Counted from the stretch's first letter, positions 1 through 11,358 are shown. The stretch: 39,671 nt of DNA from Mesotaenium endlicherianum (GCA_009602735.1 WELA01000919.1:1-39671); one strand, 5' to 3'. Made by a program: numbers and translations. The notes: generated from the letters alone by a model not told the origin.

Positions 1-200
1 GGTCTTTCCTCTAACTTCGAAAATGCCTTAGAAGGTTCAAAGAACATGAACCAAGTTACTAGAGTACCTATTCACACATGAATCCACACAATACTACTCC
101 AAATATACTTGAAAACATCAAAATATATGCAAACTAATATATAATAACTCAAATCACTACAGATAGTGAGTCGTCACTAGCTGCCCTCGTAGCAGGTATT

Positions 201-424
201 ATGGGTCCTGCTGAACTGGATTCACTATGCATGCCTGACAACCAGATAAAGGAGACCATCAGCAATATAGACGTCCAGAGAGTGCACACTCTGGATGCTC
301 TTGTTCCACCTCATGTCCAACATTTCTTTGCTAAGTCAGGAGAACAATGCGAAAGTCAGGAAAAGACAGTCCCCCCTATCCTACTGCATTGCATGATTGC
401 AGGTAGGAAGGTGAGGGCATTTGT
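201..424 (+). CDS. Retrotransposon polyprotein fragment leading into the aspartic protease (active site presumably in the N-gap 425-760)
   Basis: PPILLHCMIAGRKVRAF resembles the residues preceding the D-[ST]-G motif of retropepsins; it lies immediately upstream of RT. Confidence 0.65.
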
Positions 425-760
425 NNNNNNNNNNNNNNNNNNNNNNNNNNNNNNNNNNNNNNNNNNNNNNNNNNNNNNNNNNNNNNNNNNNNNNNNNNNN
501 NNNNNNNNNNNNNNNNNNNNNNNNNNNNNNNNNNNNNNNNNNNNNNNNNNNNNNNNNNNNNNNNNNNNNNNNNNNNNNNNNNNNNNNNNNNNNNNNNNNN
601 NNNNNNNNNNNNNNNNNNNNNNNNNNNNNNNNNNNNNNNNNNNNNNNNNNNNNNNNNNNNNNNNNNNNNNNNNNNNNNNNNNNNNNNNNNNNNNNNNNNN
701 NNNNNNNNNNNNNNNNNNNNNNNNNNNNNNNNNNNNNNNNNNNNNNNNNNNNNNNNNNNN

Positions 761-3730
761 CACCCTACTGCTGCAAACATTGTTGCTCAGTACACGGATG
801 TGTTTAATATGCCTCCAGGACTACCCCCTAAGCGAGAAGTAGATCATAGGATAGATTTATTACCTGGTAGTCAGCCACCCTAGCAACGCACGTATGGCTT
901 GTCTTATTTGGAGAGTGAGGAGTTAAAAACACAGATTTCAGAGCTGGAGGAAAATGGTTACATTTCTCCCAGTAAATCACCGTACGGAGCACCTATCCTA
1001 TTTGTTAAGAAAAAGGATGGCAGTATGCGAATGTGTGTGGATTACAGAGCCCTGAACAGAATTACAGTAAAGAACAAGTATGCTTTACCCAGAATCGAGG
1101 ACTTGCTTGATACCCTGTCTGGTGCTAAGGTGTTCAGTAAGATAGATCTCAAGAGTGGTTATCATCAAATCAGAATTGCTGAGGGGGATGAACACAAGAC
1201 TGCTTTCCGCACACGTTATGGACACTATGAGTTCAACGTGATGCCATTTGGACTGACTAATGCTCCTGCTACCTTTATGGGTGCTATGAATGACATTTTC
1301 AGACCTTATTTGGATAAGTTTGTGCAAGTTTTCCTGGATGATATTTTAATTTTCTCTAAAGATGAAGCTCAGCACACTGAACACTTAAAGAAAGTGCTGG
1401 ACACTCTGCGGAAAAATCACTTGTATGCTAAAATGAGCAAGTGTGATTTCTTTAAGGAAAGTATTGAATTCTTAGGCCACGTTGTCAGTAAAGAGGGCAT
1501 CAGTGTGGATCCTAAGAAAGTCCAGACCATAAGGGACTGGCCAGTACCACAGTCTGTCTCTGAAGTTAGATCCTTCCTCGGGTTGGCTAACTACTATAGG
1601 AGATTTATTGAGAATTATTCCACAAAGGCCAGTAAACTGACTGACCTTACTAAGAAAGACATCGGGTATGTGTGGGGGGAAGAGCAGCAGGCTGCCTTCC
1701 AGACCCTTAAAGATGCCCTTTGTTCTGCCCCAGTGCTAGCCGTGTATGACCCCAGCAAACCGGTGCAGGTGGTTACTGATGCCTCTGATTTTGCCATGGG
1801 TGCTATTTTGTTGCAGCCTGCTGACAAAACCACAAAGGATGGTAAGGTACGGCAGGAGTGGCATCCTGTGTTGTATGAGTCTATGAAATTTAATCCAGCG
1901 GAGATTAATTACTCAGTGCATGATAAAGAGCTGCTAGCTATCATTCATGTACTCAAACAGTGGAGAGCATACTTACATGGTAAAGCTTTTAAGGTGATTA
2001 CAGATCATCTAGCTCTGACCCACTTTCAGAAGAAGTCCAAGCTGTCGAGGAGGGAGAACCGCTGGAGCCAGATGCTGGAGCAGTTCCAAGTCCAGATCGA
2101 CTACAAACCAGGGAAGTTGAATCCTGCTGATGCACTCTCTAGAAGACCTGACTTGCAAGAAAGGAACTTTAGTCAGCATACTGTAGATAAAGTCCTGTGT
2201 GCACTCACTTCACTAAAGGTGAAAAAGTCCTTCCTTGAACAACTTAGGAAAGCCTACCTTTCTGACCCAACATTTGAGCCCAGCCCCACTACTGGTATGT
2301 GTCGTGCTACCGCACTCGGGTATAAGCTCAAGGGAGGGGTCTGGGTGACTGAAACCACTTCAGGCAGGCTGAAGCTGGTCATTCCTAATAATTTGGAAAT
2401 AAGGTCTCTCTTACTGAGTCAAGCTCATGACAGTCTCCTGGGTGGACATTTGGGGCAGGCCAAAACTGTTGGCAAACTGGCAAAACATTATCATTGGGAG
2501 GGGTTACCCCGGGAGGTCTTGAAATATGTCAAGTCCTGTGACCAGTGTCAGAGAAATAAGTCTCGGCACACACCACCCGGAGGTCTCTTGCAACCGCTAC
2601 CCATCCCAGCGGGACGCTGGGAAACTATATCCATGGACTGGGTGGTCTCACTACCAAGAACTGCCAACGGGCATGATTCAATACTGGTAGTCGTGGATAA
2701 ACTGACAAAAATGGTCATTTTTATCCCCACAACTGTCAAAGTGACTGCACTCGAAACAGCGAGACAGTTTTACAACCATGTAGTATGCCAACATGGGCTC
2801 CCTTCTAATATCATCTCAGACAGAGACTCAAAATTCACCTCTAAGTTCTGGAGAGCTTTAATGGGGTTAATGGGAGTCAAACAGCTGCTCAGCACAGCAA
2901 ACCACCCTCAGACTGATGGGCAGACTGAAAGAACTAACCGAGTTCTGCAGGAGGTGCTGAGAGCATATATTAACCAAAAACAAGATAATTGGGATGACCT
3001 GTTGCCTCAAATTCAGTTTGCGGTCAACAGTGCGGTGCACGCGTCAACGGGCAAAACTCCTTTTGAACTCAGCCTGGGTAGAGTCCCTAAGTCTCCTCTA
3101 GATGTGCTAGGGGAATCTTTAACTCACCCTGAAGGGATTGACAACCCGGTCTCCCTCCAGTTAACTCAGGAGTTTGCTGACACCCTGTCAGAAGTCCAAC
3201 GAAACTTGCACACGGCCCAAGAAAACCAACAAAAATACGCTAATCAACACCGTCGGGAACTGACATTTTCCAAGGGGGATTTAGTCAAACTGCATTCTCA
3301 GCACCTGTACCTCCCTGGTGTGGTCAAGAAAAAGCTTGGCCCTGTCTGGGTCGGTCCATATTCGGTGGTCCGTCGTGTCGGTCAGAATGCTTACAAACTG
3401 AACATGTCAGCTGAATACAAGGGGCACCCGGTCTTTAATGTCTCCTTCCTGGAACCGTACATCAAAGGTGATACACTGTTCACAGGTCGGTTCCCTGTCC
3501 AACCGGGACCGGTCCCCGCTGTCCGGGACGGCGACCCTGAGGAATATGAGGTCGATGAGATTTTAGACGCTCGCTCGGTCCGTCGATCGTCTAAATATGT
3601 CATGAAATACCTCATTCGATGGAAGGGTTACGATGCCTCTGGGGACACTTGGGATTTTAAGGACCACTTGACCAATGCCAAAGGGGCGTTGAAACGGTTC
3701 CACCTTCGGGCCGCTGGCGCCCCTTCATAA
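761..3730 (+). CDS. pol: Pol polyprotein: reverse transcriptase, RNase H, integrase and group I chromodomain; one in-frame TAG at 881-883
   Basis: The frame from 761 reads [101 protein letters not shown]-x6-H...CDQC zinc finger, MDWV/SDRD/DGQTE catalytic residues, GPY motif. Chromodomain: EEYEVDEIL...YLIRWKGY...DTW. Confidence 0.97.
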
Positions 3731-3778
3731 CTGTCATTTCAGTTGACACGGGAAGGTGACAGGCGGTCCTGTCTCCAT

Positions 3779-3793
3779 TTAAGTTGGAGGGGA
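3779..3793 (+). other. Additional (internal) polypurine tract after pol
   Basis: TTAAGTTGGAGGGGA shares 13 nt with the terminal PPT and is preceded by the hairpin GACAGG-cggt-CCTGTC. Confidence 0.75.
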
Positions 3794-4017
3794 AAATATA
3801 TGACAGTTAGTGAGCGAGAGCGATAAAGGGACAGTTACGTGAATCCTAAATGTCAGCATAGTGACAGAGGGGACAGCCTGGCCCACATAAAGCACCTTGA
3901 GCTGAAGGAAAAAGGGCCTCGCACAACACTACATCACTTAAATCACCCTACAACACAATCATACGTTTATGTTTAGCGCATCGCAACTACGTCATCTGTT
4001 AGCAATCATCCTGTAAG

Positions 4018-4119
4018 GTAAACAGCATCGAATCCACTATACTAATACTAACATACTTCCTGCAATCCCTTTGACAAAGGTCCATACCCTACTAACTTGT
4101 GCCCTGGTTACATGCACAG
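4018..4119 (+). other. Putative 5'-UTR intron of the cargo ORF
   Basis: Donor AAG|GTAAAC at 4018, TACTAAC branch motifs at 4046-4052 and 4090-4096, acceptor CACAG| ending at 4119, one base before the ATG at 4121. Confidence 0.6.
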
Positions 4120-4120
4120 G

Positions 4121-5831
4121 ATGGCGCCCACCACACAAAAGGAGGACAGAAAGCGCAAGGCGGAAGAAGCCAGGAGGACAATGGAGCAATACCAGAAGGA
4201 GCTGGCGGCGACGTCCCTCACCAGGAGAGAACAGGAAAGGGTCCGCAGACAACAAGAGGCGGCAGAAGAGGCACAGAGGAAGAAGGATCAGGAAGCGGAA
4301 AACCTCAGGAAAGCTGAGGAGGAGAGACAGAAGAAACAACAAGAAGAAGCGGCAGCGGCAGAGGAGGAGAAAAGGAAAAAGATTGAAGCGGACAGACAGA
4401 AGAGCTTGGCCACTTACAGGTATACTGTGGTGGGTGGCCAAAACTTCGATAACCTGAAGGAAGCATTACTGGCAGCCCAAGAAATCAACAGGCTGGAACA
4501 GACAACACTGCTACAGAGGGAAGGAGCTGCAGCACTGGATAGGTACATCGAGACACACACCGGCGTGGTCCTTTACGAAGATTATGCTAAGATGGTGGGC
4601 TATACAGCAGAGCAGGCCCGGTATCTCGCAGATGATTCAGAGGACAAGCCGGTCCCCATACCGGGAATAGTGGGAGATCAGAGACTCATNGATATTCGGA
4701 ATAGTGGGAGATCAGAGACTCATCCGGATGGTGAGCATGCGGCCCGATAGCTTTAAGGATACGGTATTCTACCTCACACTACTGCCAGCTTACAATGAAG
4801 TTGAGAGAAGGAGCTGGGAGTACTTGGCCAGGGAAACAGGACAGCAGATGTTCTCTCCCCACTGGTTCCCGTGTAAACTTAGGAAGGCTGAGCACAGACC
4901 CTAGTACTACCAGCAGCCAACAGAGTGGAGGTGGATTACCGTCACAAATAAGAAGCAGGAGTGTGACCGAGCCCAACTGGATGACTTCCACTATGGCCTA
5001 GACGGCTATCTCATCCTACCACCTCACATTGCCCCTTGGGACCCCAGGCTGAATGGATGCCTGAGCAATATGAATGCAGAGACCAAGGAACATAGGAGGA
5101 GGGGAAGAGAGTACTTCTCTAAGGGAAAGCATGCCTTTGTCAAATGGGCAAAGAACGCAGGCCGGATAGATATCAGTAGGCTGAAGGCCAAGCAACCTCC
5201 AGCACGCCCTAAGAAAGGGAGGTCGGTAGACTACTCCATGTCTACTAGGGAGCAGGACGACTTAGTGGACGAGACCCCTACTCTCTCCGAGGAGGAGGAT
5301 GAGGAGGATGAGGAAGGAGAACAAGGCAGAGGAGAAGCATCAGCAGCAGGTACTCAGGATACCCAGCGAGAGGCAGTGGCACTTCCTAAAGAACCACGAT
5401 CAGGTGTGTGGAATGTGATCCCCGTTATGGCGACAACTGGACCCCGCGCTCGCTCCCCCAGCCCACCTGCCCAAGCAGGGGAAGAAGCTGATCTGACTGT
5501 ACTGGGCAGCAGACACAGACAGAAATCCCCAGAGGACAGGGGTGCCAGAAGAGGGACACGCGGGTGGGCCAGAGGTATGCCAGCCTCCCCCTCCGCTCAG
5601 GGGCATGTACCTCTAGCCAATGTATTTCAGCATCCTACTGGAATGCCTGTCTATGTGGGAATCAACACCCAAATAGTTGAAGAGCAGGCCACCATCCTCC
5701 GTTCTCCTCGAGGGCCAACTTTAGAGCAAACAGGGTTCTTTAGAAGGCCAGCTGACAGACCTAGAGGGCTGTCCAGATCTAGGTCCAGATCTCCGTCCCC
5801 TGATCCTGAAGCCCCAGGAACCACCCCTTAA
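4121..5831 (+). pseudogene. Extra (cargo) ORF of the retrotransposon, ~560 aa, function unknown: N-terminal coiled coil, central aromatic-rich domain, acidic/RS-rich tail
   Basis: ORF pieces 4097-4750, 4704-4904 and 5070-5831 join into one frame once the repeat around the single n at 4690 is collapsed; one TAG at 4902-4904 is followed by open sequence (YYQQPTEWRWITV...APWDPRLNGCLSN) into 5070. ATG 4121 has a gATGGCG context. Confidence 0.75.
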
Positions 5832-5929
5832 GGTGACAGGCTGAAAAGATAGTCAGTAAGGGAGGCTGGTCAGGGTCAGTTTCTTTATTTAAAGCTTTTG
5901 CAGTTTAATGTTGTCGAGGCGACAACAAG

Positions 5930-5944
5930 TTAAGTTGGAGGGAT
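5930..5944 (+). other. Terminal polypurine tract (plus-strand primer)
   Basis: TTAAGTTGGAGGGAT abuts the TG of the LTR and is preceded by the TTGTCG-agg-CGACAA hairpin. Confidence 0.85.
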
Positions 5945-7007
5945 TGTAATGAATCAGTATATTAGTAGATATAATATTCATTTAAATATAATAGTTAATT
6001 TAGTTCAGCCTGCTGAACTTTAGTTAGTAGTCAGTCTGCTGAACTTTAGTTAATAATCAGTCTGCTGGACTTTACATAATTATCAGTTTAATGACTCGGC
6101 CAAAAGCAGCAGGCTGAAGTCAACTTAAGTCAGCTTGCTGACACATTCTTTGACAGCCAGCTGACTTCCGTACTCGGTAGCAGCGAACTGCCTTGATATG
6201 CATCTAAGTGCGATATGCTAGATGAATGGCCAGATGACATCCCTATGATGGATGGCTATTCGGGATGATGGGAGATGGCGGTGGATTTGGTTAACCGAGG
6301 TCCTACCAACGTGGTTAACTCCCGGGTAGGCGGTGCCATCGCACTGACCGTTGAACAGTAAACTCATTCCATGTACATATGCTAGGCATTGCTCTCGAGT
6401 TCGGCATTCGGAAACGAGGCCAACTCTCCTGTACAGCTTACTGAGAGAGATCTGAATCCAAGGCGAGAAGCCATTGATACGCACTGTCTTCTAACCTTGC
6501 TTATGTATGAGTTTACTGATTTGCATTATTGATGCTAGTTTACTCGCATTTGACTTACGAGTATTATTCACTGCTAGTGTATTGTCCTTTGCCGTTTAAC
6601 CAGTTAACGGAAATCGCCATAAAGATTACTTGTTGATATAAAGATCTTTATTAATTGTTAATCGCTTATTTGGTAAGTCGATTCATTTCAAGAAGCAAGT
6701 TCGTGGAAAATTAGGTTAGAAGAGGTCTCAATTCTAACAACTCCCTCATATGGACAAAACCAACAAAATTTGCATATAGATGGCATATATAGTATGATCT
6801 GCTTGCGTCCCCATGTCTTGTACTCCCCATCATAGCCAAAGTAAATCTTGATCTTAAACTTAGTTTCTTGAGTCTTATGCACCACTACCTTTAGAAATCC
6901 TACCAGAAAAAGAACTTTTCAGAGTGTGCTATCCAAACTCTTTGAGTGCTCAAGTGTCACCCCAAATCTTGCGAGAAACTAGTATCTTAGTGCCTGCGCG
7001 TATTACA
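5945..7007 (+). repeat. 3' LTR (~1063 bp)
   Basis: Starts TGTAAT right after the PPT and ends ATTACA (6-bp inverted termini). The left boundary is independently supported because the inverted copy stops at the same base. The right boundary is inferred from the terminal motif only. Confidence 0.8.
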
Positions 7008-7314
7008 ACACTTGTAGAGGAAAAAGCGACGGTAGCCATGACTTCTGTATCGTGCAAAATGAAAAATATATTAGGTAGAAGATGCTTGTCTGAAAGTGAA
7101 AATCAAAATAGAAAGTGGCCCTTTCTTGGCCGGCAAACTTACATGTCGTCGTAAACAATTGACCATTTGAACTAAAATAGTTTTGTAGGGAGATTTTGGA
7201 TCATGACAAATTCAATAAGCCTATTTTTAGTTTTGAGGTGCTTTGAAAATTGCCTAGTTATGTAACGATTATTGGTTCCATAACCAAAAATGGTCCCACC
7301 GTAAAGCTAGTGTC

Positions 7315-8068
7315 TGAAATGAATCGATTTACCATGAAATGAATCGATTTACCAGTAGGCGATTATTAGATAATAAAGATCTTTATATCAGCGAGTAATC
7401 CTTATGGTATTTTTTGTTAATTGATTAAACAGCAAAAAACAAACACACTAGCGGTTGACAATACTCGCAAGTCAAATGCAAGTAAACGAGCATCAATAAT
7501 GCAATCGGTGAACTCATACATAAGCAAGGCTAAAAGACAGTGCGTATCAATGGCTTCTCGCCTTGGATTCAATTATCTTTCAGTAAGCAGTACAAGGGAG
7601 TTGGCCTCGTTTCCGAATGCCGAACTCGAGACCAATACCTAGCATATGTACATGGAATGAGTGTATTGTTCAACGGCAAGTGCGATGGCACATTTACCCG
7701 GGAGTTAACCACGTTGGTAGGACCTCGGCTAACCAAATCCACAGCCATCTCCCATCATCCCAAATCGCCATCCACCTTAAGGGTGTCATCTGGCCACTCA
7801 CCTAGCACACCATACTTAAGATACATAGCTAGGCAGTTTGCTGCTGCCGAGTACGGCAGCCAGTTGATTGTCAAAGAATGTGTCAGCAAGTTGACACAAG
7901 TCAACTGGCTGACCTAATGGAGTTCAGCCTGCTACTCTTGGCTGGGTCATTTAACTAAGTATCAAGTATCCAGCAGACTAAATATTAACTTAAGTTCAGC
8001 AGGCTGAACTTATTTAACTATTATATCTAAATGAACATTCTATCTATCCAATGTACTAATTTATTATA
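7315..8068 (-). repeat. Diverged, truncated LTR copy in inverted orientation (matches ~5945-6690)
   Basis: The reverse complement aligns with the LTR from its first base (TATAATAAATTAGTACAT vs TGTAATGAATCAGTATAT). The ORF track gives near-identical MRINGFSPWIQ... peptides on opposite strands. Confidence 0.93.
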
Positions 8069-9962
8069 GTGTCAAACCTTTGCAGGGACTATTCAAAAAA
8101 GATCCTCTCAATGTGCTACCGGCGATGTTTTTGACCATATGTCATTAGTTGTTCTCTTTCCAATATTCAGTTTTAAGGTGCTCACTTTGATTTGTACTCT
8201 TAATTAGAAGTTTTAACACTTTTTTTATTTTTTGGCTTCAAAACGATATGTGTCATGAACTTGATTGTAGCAAAGTCTGCTCACTTAACTTGTAGTGCTT
8301 ATAACGCTGATGCGCATTCGCATTCTTGACTCACTACATTATCAGACCGACTACAATTCAGGCTAGCACTTCATTTTACCCTAAGGTATTGCATATTATA
8401 AGGTTAAAGAATTCCATCAATTTTTAGTCACTAGCACTGATGGCACATCAATTCAGTATGTGAGCCACCAAACAATACTTACATCTGCTAGACAACGAGG
8501 TAACAACTCACCAATATCGTGTTGTTTGCTTACAAGTCCGCACACACATGTTATTAGCAAAACCAATCTAACTGAACGTGCAGTCAGAGCACATTCCAAG
8601 CATGCTAGCACAGGCACATAGGATCTATATATTATATACTTACAAAACAATTTTAGCCTGCATGTAAATACACTGTACCTTTTACTTGATTGTTGGAGCT
8701 TGTTCCTACTTAAGTGCTTACCAGCTATGACGATTCTGTGTCTTGCCCCGCGTGTCCTGCCAGAGTTACGTGTTACAATTTCGGCTTGCGACCTTGTTCT
8801 TTACTAGCGCCAGCACAAACGTTGAAAACCTTAGCCACGATGCAGAACTTGGCTATCTATCTGCTCACGTGATATTGGCTAGCTGACCAACTAGCTCACA
8901 TCTATCCGACCATGGCTAGCAGCTATCAACGAAATAGCGCATTTAGCAGAGATGTTCTAATATCAATATTGTCCGGCTCAAATGAATCTTGCTAATTTAA
9001 GATAAATATATAAGATCAAAGATAAGTGGAAGCGTGTAAAATCAAGGAGCGATCTTTGCCCTTATAATGATTTCCGTTTATACATCTATACCCCTTGACT
9101 CCCTTATCGTAGTGTGCCATAGTTGCACACTAATTCAAGGCACAAGAAAGAGGCAAACTTGAGGACTTGAACTTCTCCTTTAGAAACTCATGGCCTCTTG
9201 CCTACCAGACATACAAGCATGTGTAGCACATACATCAAAGGATTGAATAGCAAAGGCGCTGTCATTCAGATGACCATAATGTAGCCAAAACACACCCCAC
9301 TGACTTAGGTGCAAACCATGGTATCTGTCCGCTCTGTGACCCCGAAATGTCAGAAGGCATAACTATGTCAATACGTCTCCAAATTGAGCAAACTTAACGG
9401 CAACGGACGAGTCTTGACAAGACCTTTTTGAAATTTTCTAGTTTGCTTCATTTGGAACACGGACGAGGAAGCCATGTCAATTTCCGTGAAAGCTGGTCAT
9501 AATAACGAACCCAAAAGTGCACGCATGACTTGCAAGTAGAAATCCAACTCTAAAGCCTATTGTCCAGAATGAGGGACCACGAGATCTCAGCCTGCTATGT
9601 ACCTAATGACCACCTGGTTGACCACGGCGCAAAGTGCACCGTTTCGTGGGGAACTCTTTAAGTGGGGACCCACGGATTTAGATATAACCACCATATTATT
9701 TGGTCGGTTAATTGAAGTCCTAACTGTTCAGCTAACTGACCACGGCTCCGCCAACCCAAAAATTCACCACACTGGTAAGACATCGGTTCACCGAATCCCA
9801 GTCACCCTCTTCACTTTCAGTAGACTACAAATAATTATCTAAATGATTATGTCTATCTTCAACGTAGTGAGTCTAAATATACTAACTATTATTATGCAAG
9901 CTTACTATATCTCAACCTACTGATACTATGTCCTACATTTATATTCTGGTAATTTCAACAAT

Positions 9963-10078
9963 CTACACTATGATACAAAAGTCATTCCGTTGACCTTTTC
10001 GACAAAGTCAACAAACTACATTATGATTAAAAGTCATCCTGCTGACCTCTTCGACAAAGTAAGTAAACTTGCATTATA
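9963..10078. repeat. Imperfect tandem repeat, ~53-bp unit, just over two copies
   Basis: CTACACTATGATACAAAAGTCATTCCGTTGACCTTTTCGACAAAGT recurs as CTACATTATGATTAAAAGTCATCCTGCTGACCTCTTCGACAAAGT. Confidence 0.8.
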
Positions 10079-11051
10079 TCGATATATATTCATTTCGATG
10101 TACTCGCACATGTGAGTATATTAACAAATTACTTATATAATGATATATGTGTATGTGCAATTAATTAGATAAATATTGAATTGATTCATTACACCGACGT
10201 AGCTATCTCAAGAGGTGATGCACAGTTTCTATCAAGGGTGTATATTTAACTTGCACAAGCATGATCAGACTGTCTCTTACAAAGTTGGGTTCCATTTAAG
10301 ACCATCTGTAGCAGGGTTCACCTCTGGTTAGGCCCCTACTTGAACTCATTTAGTTTGCCAATCTTTCACTCATATTTACACATCTAATTCTACAGTTTGG
10401 CTTGTAAGCTTCTTATACTACCTTGGCTACCATTACCCAGTGCAACCTCTTAGCTACACAACCTTTGGACAAAACCTAGCTATTCTACTCAATCGTAATG
10501 TGGCTATAAAAAAAGCCCATAATACATGACCATGATAGTTCTATATAGTTGCCAAAACTGCTCCAAATTGTTCCTAAAATCACAGGTGGAACCAATTATT
10601 TCAAGATCACTTCCTTACTTGGTTAGAATGTGGTTTTTTGCGTAAAATGTGGTTGAAATTGCTCAGAGTATACTTAGTCGTGAACGGTGCCATGCTTACT
10701 AAACGCATGTTATGTGCACGCACTTACTGTTGAGCTTCTACACGACTGCATCCAATAGCTTTTGCTAATACCACTATGTTACACTTTTCTTAACGCTATT
10801 GGTAAACACTAAAGAGTAAAACAGCGTATACTAGAGGTGACTTTTGAAGAACTTGAGAATGACCTCGAAAGATCACCTTTCAGTCAAGGCATAACCGCTC
10901 TCTGTTTTTGGTCCTCTTCAAATTCTTGGAAGTTTTATAAAAGCCTCATCTGCAAAGAATATAAATTACCTACAAATTAAGTTTGACAAAAGAAATCAAG
11001 GAATCATATGAACATATTATAAGGCCCTAGCAACGAGCATGCACTTGCAGT

Positions 11052-11358
11052 CATGGGGTGCTAATTATTTTGTCCAGGAGGGCATTCTTTGCGAATAGGC
11101 GATAAAAATCAATATGTTGTACATCTTGGTGAATTTAATCAAAATTCACATGTTTTTGCGGCATCTTTTCACCTGCGGCAAATATTAAGCGTTTTTTTAA
11201 AAATCCTGGCGAAAAAAAGCAACTGTCTTGAGTCGCCTGCGGCGCTTTTTCGATCTTGCGAAAATAATCAATGAGACGAAGAAAGCGGCGGCCTCACTTG
11301 CAGACTTTGCGTTTATTTTCAATAATTCAGGAATCTTTGCGACAGTTAGCACCCCATG
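11052..11358. mobile_element. MITE, hAT-like non-autonomous element (307 bp)
   Basis: 13-bp perfect TIR CATGGGGTGCTAA / TTAGCACCCCATG; 8-bp TSD CTTGCAGT (11044-11051) / CCTGCAGT (11359-11366), 7/8 match. Confidence 0.8.

Larger units (their letters stand above)
1..7007 (+). mobile_element. Ty3/Gypsy chromovirus LTR retrotransposon, 3' portion (5' LTR and gag lie left of the window)
   Basis: Domain order PR-RT-RH-INT-chromodomain; PPT at 5930-5944 directly followed by an LTR with TGTAAT...ATTACA termini. Confidence 0.95.

Noticed and set aside
4121..5831. Cargo ORF as an env gene
   Set aside because: No signal peptide, hydrophobic transmembrane segment or fusion peptide is visible; the protein is highly charged.
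6218..7917. Paired ORFs MRINGFSPWIQ... on opposite strands as a duplicated small gene
   Set aside because: They are translations of the LTR and its inverted copy; the frames diverge by indels and the starts are non-ATG.
8070..10950. AT-rich region possibly containing another solo LTR (GTGTTACA at ~8771-8778) or DNA transposon remnants
   Set aside because: No matching opposite terminus, TSD or coding motif could be established by eye.
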